A stretch of DNA of 64,000 bases from an uncultured Acidimicrobiia bacterium (GCA_963786955.1 CAWBAT010000005.1:416001-480000), one strand, 5' to 3'; counted from the stretch's first letter, positions 9,702 to 19,521 are shown. Translations and numbers: made by a program. Notes: generated by a model from the sequence alone, not told the origin.

Positions 9702-11810
9702 TTACTTCAGCCCGAATTTAGCGCTACCCACCACTTCAGCTCCGATCTTTATGTCAACCCTGTACTTACCGGGACTCAATGAAGACGAACCCAGGTTGTA
9801 CACATATTGACAGCCATTGTTCCGGAAGTTGGAACCGGTATCCGCGGAACCTGTGTAGAGACTTTCATTGATCACACCCGGTGCTGCACCATCGGTGCGG
9901 GTCAACACCAGAGTAGCTGCCGGGAGCGAGCAGTTTGATACCCCACCAAAGGTCAAGGTGAACTTTAGTGGAATGACACCGCGATTAGCGTTGAACATGC
10001 TAGAACCATCAAGATTGACTGGTTGCTGAATCGTGCCGACATAGGCGGGTCGAGCCACCGCGAATGGCGAGAAGGATGTCACGCTGCCACAGATAATGTT
10101 GTTGACTGGGTCCTGTGAAACCGTAGTGTCCACCCAAGCATTTCCTTCATAATGGAACAGCTTCAGTCCGTTTTCGTCACTAAACTGGCTTCCATAATTT
10201 ATGCACACCGTCACTGGCCCTGTGAAGGTAGCTGTAGTAGATAGGTTGTAATAGACTTCAGGGATACCCACTTTAAATCCGACAGGAACGTCTCCCGGCC
10301 CAGTTGGAGGGGAAGAACTGGTGGTTAGGGTGACGCTACCGGGAGTTGTTACATTGTTGAAAGCTAATTGAACAGGACTTTCTCCCGATGCAGTGTCTAC
10401 AGGTTGTGCAACAACCCCAGGACCCACGGAGTTTTCCAGATTTAACATCCATAGTTCTCTGCCTACTCCGGTTCCATCGTCTGCGCTGAAATACAACACG
10501 GGATCAGCGTTCACAAATGTATTTGGGAACGAAGATAGCTGACCTAACGCGATATCTTTGACCATCCAAGTGCCTGCCTCCGTGCTATCACTTCTCCACA
10601 ACTCCTGGCCATGGACGCCATCGTCTGCATAAAAATAGAGCAGGTTGTTCGCTACGACTGCTTCTATTCCGCCTGTAATCCCACCTCCCATCGGATTGAT
10701 GGCCTTGACGACCACGGTCCCTGCATCGGTACCATCGGTTCTCCACAAAGCCCCATTGTTACCATTGCCTTCAATGAACAACAGTGTTCCGTTTACGACT
10801 GGAAACGTATTAGGTCGAATATTATCTTTGACTTTTAAAGTCCCTGCAGGAGTCCCGTCGCTCTTCCACAGACCCCACCCGTTGGCGAAGGCTGAAAAGA
10901 AAACTGTGTTATTTAGGGAACCCACCCATTCTATATAACCAAACTGGCCAAGGAGAGTGGTCCCGGAACCTGTACCATCGCTTTTCCACAACTGCGAGTA
11001 AGAACCCCAAATGTAAGCGTTCATATACAGGGTCCCATTCACATTCAGTAAATCAATGTAATTGTTATCTGGTGGTTGATGGATGTCTGTTATCATTTGG
11101 GTACCAGTGACAGTGCCATCACTTTTCCATACCTCTCGGCCTTCGGCTAGATAGGTATGGTTGGCATCAAAGGAAGAGGCGAAATAGAACGATGGTCCAA
11201 TGGATACAAACGAAGCCGCATCCCCCCACGGACCCCACCTTGCTGTTCCTTCGGGGGTACCATCGGTTCTCCACAGTTCGTCACCATGTATGTGATCGTT
11301 CGAGTTGAAATACATTTTCCCATCGAAAACAAACATATGAACCTCTTCACCCCCGGACTCCACGCCACTACTTAGTGAACCCTCAATCCCTATGTTGATA
11401 TCCGTGAACAAGACTGTTCCTGAAGAGGTGCCGTCGCTCTTCCATATCTCGTAACCATGAACTCCATCGTTTGCCACAAAAAATAATGTCCCATTCAGAT
11501 TGGAAAAATGCGTCGGATAAGAATTGCTTTCTCCTGGATAGATGTCTTTGACCAATATTGTCCCAGCGGGGGTGCCATCACTCTTCCATAGCTCTCTGCC
11601 GTGAATCCCATCGTACGCCGAGAAATAGACAATGTTCCCAATTTTCAGAAAAGGGTGTGGGTCCGAATTGCCATTATTCTCGATCGTGGGATTGATATCT
11701 TTCAAGAAAAGTGGAGTTTGTGCCTGGGTTTTGGTGAGGGACAGAAACAGAATCCCCAGAATCCAAACTACATACATGATTTCTTTTGCATCTTGCATTT
11801 TCTTCGTCAT
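9702..11810 (-). CDS. Secreted ELWxxDGT-repeat protein with C-terminal PxKF-like domain
   Basis: About 8 (E/L)WKSDGT / LWRTDGT repeats, signal peptide, C-terminal GVIPLKFTL; AGGAGA RBS before the ATG at 11810. Confidence 0.9.
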   Translation of the reverse strand: MTKKMQDAKEIMYVVWILGILFLSLTKTQAQTPLFLKDINPTIENNGNSDPHPFLKIGNIVYFSAYDGIHGRELWKSDGTPAGTILVKDIYPGESNSYPTHFSNLNGTLFFVANDGVHGYEIWKSDGTSSGTVLFTDINIGIEGSLSSGVESGGEEVHMFVFDGKMYFNSNDHIHGDELWRTDGTPEGTARWGPWGDAASFVSIGPSFYFASSFDANHTYLAEGREVWKSDGTVTGTQMITDIHQPPDNNYIDLLNVNGTLYMNAYIWGSYSQLWKSDGTGSGTTLLGQFGYIEWVGSLNNTVFFSAFANGWGLWKSDGTPAGTLKVKDNIRPNTFPVVNGTLLFIEGNGNNGALWRTDGTDAGTVVVKAINPMGGGITGGIEAVVANNLLYFYADDGVHGQELWRSDSTEAGTWMVKDIALGQLSSFPNTFVNADPVLYFSADDGTGVGRELWMLNLENSVGPGVVAQPVDTASGESPVQLAFNNVTTPGSVTLTTSSSPPTGPGDVPVGFKVGIPEVYYNLSTTATFTGPVTVCINYGSQFSDENGLKLFHYEGNAWVDTTVSQDPVNNIICGSVTSFSPFAVARPAYVGTIQQPVNLDGSSMFNANRGVIPLKFTLTFGGVSNCSLPAATLVLTRTDGAAPGVINESLYTGSADTGSNFRNNGCQYVYNLGSSSLSPGKYRVDIKIGAEVVGSAKFGLK

Positions 11811-11900
11811 CTTAGTTCTCCTAATAGGGTTGATGGCAATAAACAATTTTGAAGACTTTCTGTTGCCATGGTTCTACGAATCATCACGAGAGCGCAGCAT

Positions 11901-12593
11901 TTATGGATTCGTCACGTCTATGGCGAAAGAAAAATAGTAGCTTCCCATGTCGAACTCAGTAGTATTTTTTGGTGTGGTGACAACTTTGACGAGCCTGCCA
12001 ATATTCTTTCTCTCGCCATTAGCTTGGATAGCAGTGGACTCGAATTTCCACTGATTACACTGATTTGTAGCTGGGACAACGCCTTTACAGGTAATCGTGG
12101 CTGGATCGGTTCCCGGTGAGAAGTTTCGACCGTCCATATTAATTCGATAATGAAAGCCACCGTACTCAAAACTTGGAAATAGTGGGCAAGTAACACTTGT
12201 CCCCACACCAATCATGTTCCGTATGTCGACATCATATTGGGTGCATTTGCAAATGAACCTCATTACCATTTGCTTATATACAAACGGGGGATTTGAAGTA
12301 GTGCCTGGAACTGAGTCGCGAAAGTCAATCAGTACAGTCCTGGTAGAAGAACTTGAACTGTCGGTGGCTAATTCCCAATCCCCAGTGCCCTTCTGGAAGT
12401 GCGATACTTGCGTTCTGGAATTCTTGTATGGACCAAGTTGGTCGCTCTGGATGCGCAAGGTGGGAGTCGTATTAAGTCCAACGCCTTCTATAGTGGTTGT
12501 GACAGTTATCTCTTTATTATTTTGTGCTACCGCAGTTAAAACTAAGGCTGAAAGGAGGAATAAGGACGCGAACAGCATTTTTGTTCTCAACAT
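11901..12593 (-). CDS. Secreted Cys-containing hypothetical protein (paralog A)
   Basis: Signal peptide, AAGGAGA RBS; aligns end to end with 12805..13479 (PTLRIQSDQ, RFICKCTQ, CPLFPSF, DMGSYYFSF.IDVTNP). Confidence 0.88.
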   Translation of the reverse strand: MLRTKMLFASLFLLSALVLTAVAQNNKEITVTTTIEGVGLNTTPTLRIQSDQLGPYKNSRTQVSHFQKGTGDWELATDSSSSSTRTVLIDFRDSVPGTTSNPPFVYKQMVMRFICKCTQYDVDIRNMIGVGTSVTCPLFPSFEYGGFHYRINMDGRNFSPGTDPATITCKGVVPATNQCNQWKFESTAIQANGERKNIGRLVKVVTTPKNTTEFDMGSYYFSFAIDVTNP

Positions 12594-12644
12594 GTGAGAG
12601 TCTCCTTAATTAAAATTAAAAGCGAAGTGCAGAATCTGCACATG

Positions 12645-12695
12645 GATTCGAATTTGTGAATAACAACTTCGTAAAGCTAATCAAGCGATCATCTG
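12645..12695 (-). promoter_or_regulatory. Conserved 51-bp non-coding leader block (copy A)
   Basis: Identical at 48 of 51 nt to 13530-13580. Confidence 0.6.
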
Positions 12696-12759
12696 TATCC
12701 GGCCTTCCGCCGGCGGGCGGATGGCGAGCCCCTGACCGGGGTCAACGACCCCTGCTACA
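12694..12759 (+). repeat. REP-like family A, degenerate copy
   Basis: TGTATCCGG...TGACCGGGGTCAACGACCCCTGCTACA; first hairpin replaced by CCGCC-GGCG-GGCGG. Confidence 0.7.
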
Positions 12760-12804
12760 ACAGATGTTCGGGAACTTCTGCCACTTATCACTGGAGCGCG
12801 ATAA

Positions 12805-13479
12805 TTACGGGTTTGTCACGTCTATGGTAAAAGAGAAATAATAGCTGCCCATATCCGTCTCAACATGTTTTGGTTTACTGACCACTTTGAGCAGCCTGCC
12901 TACATTCTTAGTCTCACCACCATAATCGCGAGAAGGTTCGATCTTCCACTGGATACATTGGTTTGTCGATGAACTAGTACCTAGGCAGGTAACCTTGGCA
13001 CGGTCGGTTCCTATTGAGGAATTTACGCCATCCATATCAATTCGATATTGATCCCCATTGAACTGGAAACTTGGAAACAGTGGGCAATACCCAATCTCGT
13101 TCAAACTCATGTACCGCATGTCAAAGCCATTGTTTTGAGTACATTTGCAGATGAATCTGGCCTGGATTTGGCCATAAGTAAAGGGGGCCGTAGGAGTTGT
13201 CCCCTCCACAGGTTCGCGAAAATCAAAAAGAACTGTTCTTGTGGAGCCAGTGGTGACTAACTCCCAATCTCCGTACGACTGGAGGTGCGATACTACCGCA
13301 CCTGAGTTCTTGTACTGACCGGCCTGGTCGCTTTGTATGCGCAAGGTGGGCAATCTATCGACTCCAAAGCCTTCTATCATCGTTGCAACCGGCGTATCTT
13401 TATTCTTTTGTCCTAAGGCCGTCATAACCATGGCGGAGCAAAGGAATAGGGAAGCAAACAACATTTTTCTTATTAACAT
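12805..13479 (-). CDS. Secreted Cys-containing hypothetical protein (paralog B)
   Basis: Tandem paralog of 11901..12593; signal peptide; RBS. Confidence 0.88.
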   Translation of the reverse strand: MLIRKMLFASLFLCSAMVMTALGQKNKDTPVATMIEGFGVDRLPTLRIQSDQAGQYKNSGAVVSHLQSYGDWELVTTGSTRTVLFDFREPVEGTTPTAPFTYGQIQARFICKCTQNNGFDMRYMSLNEIGYCPLFPSFQFNGDQYRIDMDGVNSSIGTDRAKVTCLGTSSSTNQCIQWKIEPSRDYGGETKNVGRLLKVVSKPKHVETDMGSYYFSFTIDVTNP

Positions 13480-13529
13480 TGGGGATTCTCCTTAATTGAA
13501 AAAAAAGTGATCAGCTGAATCTGAGCTTC

Positions 13530-13580
13530 GATTCGAATTTGTGAACAACAACTGCGTGAAGCTAATCAAGCGATCATCTG
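13530..13580 (-). promoter_or_regulatory. Conserved 51-bp non-coding leader block (copy B)
   Basis: GATTCGAATTTGTGAAcAACAACTgCGTgAAGCTAATCAAGCGATCATCTG, matching 12645-12695. Confidence 0.6.
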
Positions 13581-13634
13581 CAGCCGGCATCGGTGAAGCC
13601 GGCCCCTTGACCGGGGTCAACGACCCCGGCTACA
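13579..13634 (+). repeat. REP-like family A copy
   Basis: TGCAGCCGGCATCGGTGAAGCCGGCCCCTTGACCGGGGTCAACGACCCCGGCTACA; extra half-sites near 13653 and 13727. Confidence 0.85.
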
Positions 13635-13782
13635 ACGCTTCAGGGGTTAGTCGATCCCGGCTACAACACTTCCAGGGTCTACGACCCCATGCCCGCATTG
13701 CCGGGGCCAATGAACCGAGGCGGTGCTGTAGCCGGGATCACTAATTCCACCCATGTGAAAGACGTTTTCATAACTCCCCCCA

Positions 13783-13832
13783 GGGACGGACCGCCGGACC
13801 GTCCGCGGCGCGCTCGGCGAGCACGCCCTACC
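13783..13832. repeat. Second REP-like double hairpin (GGTAG type)
   Basis: GGACGG accgccgga CCGTCC and GCGCGCTC ggc GAGCACGC CCTACC. Confidence 0.55.
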
Positions 13833-14014
13833 AGGTATCTTCCCAAAACCAACGCATTACACCTTACCAACGAGCGCGCTCAAGTCCGGTCCCGTCTTGG
13901 CAGGGGATAAATGAACCCACCCCTGCACCCCTCCATTGGAGGGGAGTTTTCAAAAAGACCTGTGATATGATTTAGTTCAATTTTTCATTCCTTCGAATGT
14001 CATGGTTCTGTCTA

Positions 14015-14043
14015 ATAAGAGTCGGGACAACTGATTTTGTGAC
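14015..14043 (-). promoter_or_regulatory. Candidate ECF sigma promoter driving the leftward secreted-protein genes
   Basis: Minus strand GTCACAAAAT-cagttgtccc-GACTCTTAT; identical boxes and 10-bp spacer length at 14590-14618 (+). Confidence 0.7.
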
Positions 14044-14088
14044 AGGCGCGCGAAAAATAATTGTATTGACCTGGAGAAACTCCGAAAA

Positions 14089-14605
14089 GTGGCTGTGGAC
14101 GAGACTCAGCTAATCGATGATTACGGCCCGCGAATCCTTTATATTGCGCTGCGCCGCCTTCGTGACCGGACCCTTGCCGAGGAAGTCGCTCAGGAAACCC
14201 TCACCTTAGTCATTCAAGCCCTCCGAGAAGATCGTGTGCGTGAGGAGGCTAAGTTGCCAGGGTATATTTTCACGGTGGCGAACAATCTCATTCTAAAGGG
14301 TCTTCGCGAGCGCTCACGGAAAGAGGAGCTGGATTCGAAACCAGGGCCTGAGGAGCAAGATGCGTGGGTCGATGATCATGATGCAGGGCTTCTCATAGAA
14401 GAAGCAGAGACAACAAGTCCGGCACGCTTTAGCTCAATTGGACTCCAGTGATTACGATCTTCTGAATGAGATATTCGTCCATGAGAAATCGCTTGAGGAG
14501 ATTTCCAAAGGATTGGGGGTTTCTTATGCCGCGTTGCGAAAAAGGAAGTCGAGAGCAATCGAGCGGCTGAAAAAATTATTTCTCGGAGAGTCACAAAATA
14601 GGTAG
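14089..14605 (+). CDS. ECF-type RNA polymerase sigma factor (frameshifted near 14400-14480)
   Basis: Region 2: LAEEVAQETL...GYIFTVANN. Region 4 in a shifted frame: SLEEISKGLGVSYAALRKRKSRAIERLKK...ESQNR*. Confidence 0.88.
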
Positions 14606-14618
14606 TAAAGACTCTTAT
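14590..14618 (+). promoter_or_regulatory. Candidate ECF promoter embedded in the sigma 3' end, upstream of the anti-sigma
   Basis: GTCACAAAAT-aggtagtaaa-GACTCTTAT, 25 nt before the anti-sigma ATG at 14644. Confidence 0.7.
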
Positions 14619-14643
14619 CAATGAAAAGCTTGGTGGAATTGAA

Positions 14644-15421
14644 ATGAACTGCCAACAAGTGGAAGAACAGGAAGTGATCGAACGATATCTGGCTGAGAAA
14701 CTCTCGGAACAAGAATCCGCCGCCTTTGAAGAGCACTTTTTGGGATGCAAGCAGTGCTTCGAGGAATTGCGGCTTCACCACGCTGCGGCTGCTGAAATGC
14801 GCCAGCGGGCTACTCCTAAAGCGCCAGATGCCGCTCACCCAGTGGAATCAGGCCTGGAAAGTGAGTTTGGCTGTGGCTGCGGTTCTCGTCTTGGGATTTG
14901 TCTCGGTAATGGTCCTCAATCGTGGTCGCATCCCAGAACCCCAGCAGTCCAGTGTGGTTCCGCCTGATCGCCATGAGGAATTATTCAAAGAACTGGCCGA
15001 GATCAAGACGCCCCCTTTATATGCCCCCTCGACGATCCGTGGCAGCAAGTCTGATCGAGCGCTCGAGAAGTTCAGGCAAGGCATGGAAGATTACCAGAAA
15101 GGAAATTACTTGCAGGCGGCTGGCGTCCTTCAAGAAGCCTCTGCGCTCGATCCCAGCCACCTGCCAAGCCGTTTTTATCTAGGGATCTCTCTGCTCATGG
15201 CAAATCAGACCGATGAAGCCATCGGGCAACTTTCCAAGCTGGCCGGTCCTGAGACGGACCCCTACCAGGATGAGTCGCATTGGTATCTCTCTAAAGCCTA
15301 TTTCCGAAAGAAGGATTTAGAAAATGCACGCAAGGAATTGGAGTTAGTAGCCGCTCTGAATCGGCAACATGCATCTGAAGCGCGACAAGTCTTGGAACGG
15401 TTGAAGTCATTGGGGAAATAG
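14644..15421 (+). CDS. Anti-sigma factor: zf-HC2 + TM helix + extracytoplasmic TPR domain (one frameshift near 14820)
   Basis: FEEHFLGCKQC (HxxxCxxC); SLAVAAVLVLGFVSVMVL TM helix; linker PSTIRGS; TPR helices (FYLGISLL, HWYLSKAY). Confidence 0.88.
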
Positions 15422-15453
15422 TTGTAGCGGTCTGTGCATTTGCCCAGGAGTTC

Positions 15454-15505
15454 GTAGTACCGCCTTCAGGTGGTAATGTTCCGGGCCGGCTATAGTCGGG
15501 ACTAC
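15454..15505. repeat. Degenerate GTAG REP-like pair
   Basis: GTAGTACCGCCTTCAGGTGGTA...CCGGCTATAGTCGGGACTAC. Confidence 0.45.
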
Positions 15506-15538
15506 AAACTTGATTCAGGCTAAATCATGTAGTGACGA

Positions 15539-15605
15539 CCCCGCTCTACCCCACCAGCCCCTCTCCCACACGGAGGAGAGCGGGTGGCCGAAGGCGAGGT
15601 GAGGG
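15539..15605. repeat. CCCTCTCCC palindromic repeat, second copy
   Basis: CCCCTCTCC...GGAGAG...GGCCGAAGGCGAGGTGAGGG, resembling 2652-2710. Confidence 0.55.
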
Positions 15606-15745
15606 AGGTGTTGACCATAAGTTGCTGGCAATTGGTCGTCTCTTTAAGACGTCTTGGCCTTGGTCCGGTGGCATTGAGAAAGCCCATAAAGATATTTATG
15701 ATCAGCGCCTGGCACAAAGGATCGCGGCTGAGATTACTTAATTGA

Positions 15746-18700
15746 ATGAGTTTGCCAGAAAACCAGCATTTCTCTTTCCCTTCATTCTTGGGTTTCTACT
15801 GTGTAACCCCACCAAGGCAGCTCCCATTGTCTATCCCCCCAGCCAATCGATTGTTTGAAAATGACACCTACCAATCGGCGATTCAGTCTCTACAACAGGG
15901 CGATAGGGTCACATTACAAAACCTTATCAACCGAGATCCCCTTATTGCCAGGAAAGTCCTGATTAAACTCCTGCGCCAGCCAGACAAACTTGAAGACGGC
16001 CCGGGTCTATGGCAGAACTTTTTCCATCGAGCTGTGACCTGGAATTGGAGAAGCCCTTCTTCGATTTTTTCATCAGCGACTGATTCCGATATCCGGAAGA
16101 AACTGCTCAATTCAGTCGAACTGATCACAGACGCAGAATATGCAATCCAACACGTTCAACGGATCGACGACTTTGAGAATCTTATCAAGGATCAGGGCCT
16201 CATCATCTTCGCCAGGCAGCAGTGGAATTCCACGCCATAGGTTTCATGGATGGGCAGGCCTATAGCCTCGCCCGATCGGCGATATACGGAGGAAGGTTTC
16301 CTTATATGGATTCCGGGCTGGAGACGATGGAAGAGGCGCGAGCTCTTTATGAGAAGTCGGAAAATCTGCGCGGCCAGGTCTTTTGCCTGGTGCAGTTGGC
16401 ACACCTAAATTATCAGCGCCTCGAAGAAAAGAGCAAGGCGGCCCAGCTTTATTTGCAGGCTTGTGAGAAGGGGAAAATCGAAGGGACCCCTATTCTCGGA
16501 TATTACCTCAGTCAATATAGCTGGATGACGGATAAGCCTCCCGTAGACTGGCTGAAAGAGTCCAGTGAGCTACGTGAAAATGAACCCGGACTGAGGAGCA
16601 CAAGGTATCAGATGCTTTTGAAGCAGGACACGCCCGTTGAGAAATACCTGGCGTTGTTGGAACAGGAGACCGACCCCGTTCTCAAGATTCGCGCTCATTG
16701 GAATTTGTTTCAGAACCTTTCGTATAACGACCGGCAAACTCAGGCCATGGAAGAGGCTGATGCTGCTATCACATTGGCGCGGCGACAAGCGTACGACATG
16801 TCAGCCTACGGAGGGTCGTTCCATCCGGCAGTGCCGTCCATGCTGATCGCACGGGCGCAATCAAAGATACAACTGGGGATGCTCCGCGAAGCCGAGAGCG
16901 ATTGTCTGGAAGCGATTGTCCTACTTGAATAGCAGGCCTCCCAGACTGATGCGAATTACATCGAACCGGTGAAGATTACTGCTCTCGATCGACTCAGCAA
17001 GATTTACGGAGCACTCGGAGAGTACCCTTCGGCAATCGAAAAAGCTCGTGAATCTTTAAAGCTATCCCAGCCAAGAAACGCAGGAGATTCGACCTACTAT
17101 TCGTATGAGTTCCTGGCTGAAGTGCATGGTGAGATGGGCCAATTGCGTCCGGCTGAGGACTACCTGGAAAAAGCCGCTAGCATGCCCTTCCCATACAATC
17201 CTGCTCCAATCCACATGGCTGAGTTACATCTCAATTTCCAACGTTACGAAGAAGCCCTAAGGGACCTGGACCGAGCGCAGCAGGGACTTGATGAGTTCTT
17301 TCAAGATCCGCCCTCAGGCCCGACCATTCCTCTGGGGGGTTACTCAACGACTTCGGCTCTTGACTGAAATTTGGCTTCAACTTGGCGAACCTGAAAAGGC
17401 GCTGGTAACGGCAAAGGAGACTGGAGGAGCGGAAACATCCGGTTGAGCAGGGAATGCTGGGAATGGCTCTGATGGCATTGGGGCGTTATCCCGAGGCGGA
17501 GAAATACTTTCAGGCTCGCTTGGACTCATTGAAGGGAGCAGCCTGGCCCCAGAAGGAAGTGGATGCGGTGCTGAACCTGGGAAAGATCTATCAGGCAGCT
17601 GAAGCGATCTGGAGAGGCCAGCCGTTACTTCCAGAGGGCATTGGAATTGTATCGCCAGATGGGGGACCGGCGCGGCGAGCTGGAGGTCCTGCTCGAGATC
17701 GCTCAGATGGCATACAAACTGAATGACCTTCGGACATCGGAACAGAGTTCCCTCCAAGCGCTAGGTCTGGCCAACGAACTCCAGGATTCACAGGGGGTAT
17801 GGTCGGCTCAATACCGCCTAGCCAAAATCGCTTTGTCCCAAGGGCAAAAACAAAAGGCTATCGAACATCTGGAAGCGTCGGTAGATGCAGTGGAAGACGG
17901 TTTCCGGAAAAATCAAGGTGGATGTTTACAAAACCGGTTTTCTCGAAGACAAGGTTCAGGTGTTCGACGAATTGATCGCTCTGCTCGGCCCCGCTGATCC
18001 GGCTAAGGCTTTTTATTACGCTGAAAAACGGCGGGCGCGGGCTTTTCTTGAATCCAGCCAAAGAGCCGGACTTCTCTACGACTGCCATTCCCGATGATCT
18101 CAGGCTTCGAAAAGAGGCGATGGAAGCTCGATTGGTCGGCAAGCAGAAAGCCTTGCTGGAGCAGTTTTCCAAGCCTGCCAGCCAAAGAAACTCGGCTTTG
18201 ATTCAGTCGTTTCAAAATGATTTAAAGCAAATTCGGGAAGAGCACACACAATTAATTAAGACCATCGAGCTGGATACATCCACTGGAACAGTTGCCCGAA
18301 AAGAGATCTTCCCTCTAACTGCCAGCCAGGTTCAGCAGACTGTGTTGAGGCCCGGGCAAGCCCTGTTGGAATACGTTCGTTCGAGACCGGGAAACCTATC
18401 TCTTTCTGGTCACCAGGCAGGCCTGCAAATTTTACCGCTTGCCCATAGCCCGGCAGGAACTCGCTCACCGTATTGAAAAACTGCAGTTGCCCTTCAGCCA
18501 GTTCCAGGAAGGAAGAATTGACTTGGCCCACCTCAGTTACGACGTTCAGCTAAGCCATGGGCTCTACCGGCTGCTTTTCCAGCCCATTGAGTCAGCGCTT
18601 CGGCCAGGGACTGAAATCATCGTCGTTCCGGATGACGTCTTAAATTATCTGCCCTTCGAAAGCCTGTCACGCACAGGAGAATTGAGGCCTGCCACGGCTG

Positions 18701-19521
18701 ATTTGCCGTTTGCGGAATATCGGGATGTTGACTGGCTGGTCAAACGCTTCAGCTTTGTTTATGCCCTCTCGGCAAGTTCGCTGCGTCTGCGCCTGGAGCA
18801 GCCTAGCTCCACTCAACGGCAGTTGCTGGCATTCGGTAATCCCTCGGTGGGGAGCTCTCAAGAAAGCGACATCCAACGAGTCGTCCTGCGTGGAAGTCTC
18901 AAGACTGGTGAGCATTTTCCCGAGTTCCCTTCCCTGCCGCAGGCAGCCAAAGAAAGTAGAAAGATCGGCGAGCTCATGTCGGGCAAGCTCAGGACCAAAG
19001 TCTTTTTGGGCGATCAGGCCACGGAGAGCCAGTTCTTCAAGGAGGCTCCCTCTGCAGACTACCTTCATTTTGCCGTACACTCCATGGTCAATCAGGAAGA
19101 ACCTTATTACTCTGCACTCGTGCTTGCCCCGGAGCAGCACTCAGACGGCTTGCTGCAGGCCTACGAAATCGTGAATACGCGGTTACAGTCACACCTCGTC
19201 ACTTTGAGCGGCTGCGAGACTGCCTTGGGTAAGCTGAAGAGGGGAGAGGGGATGCTCGGCTTGCAACGAGCCTTCCTGCAGGCTGGAGCGGAATCTGTGG
19301 TCGTCAGCTTATGGAGTGTTGAAGATTCTACAGCGGACTTCATGGAAGCGTTTTACAAGAACATCCGGGACGGTCAAAGCCTTTCAGTGGCGCTTCGAAA
19401 CGCTAAACTGAAATACCTGGAACGAGCGCTCGCGCTTGGCGGTGGCCAGCACTTCTCATTAAGTCACCCGTTTTTCTGGGCGCCTTTTGTGTTGACCACA
19501 ACCGCGCTTGACAGTCGATGA
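15746..19521 (+). CDS. TPR-CHAT domain (caspase-like, peptidase clan CD) protein; several frameshifts and one in-frame TAG
   Basis: TPR helices in ORFs across 16222..17997; AFYYAEKRRARAFLE; CHAT motifs IVVPDDVLNYLPFESL, LLAFGNP, HFAVHS (His), LSGCETALG (Cys), AFLQAGAESVVVSLWSV, HPFFWAPFVL. Confidence 0.88.

Noticed and set aside
15711-15740. ECF promoter upstream of the CHAT gene (GGCACAAAGG...GATT)
   Set aside because: Too many mismatches and shifted spacing.
16930-16932. In-frame TAG in the CHAT gene as pyrrolysine or readthrough
   Set aside because: TAG is a normal stop in other genes here, no pyl genes are visible, and the region is error-rich; a base error or nonsense mutation is simpler.
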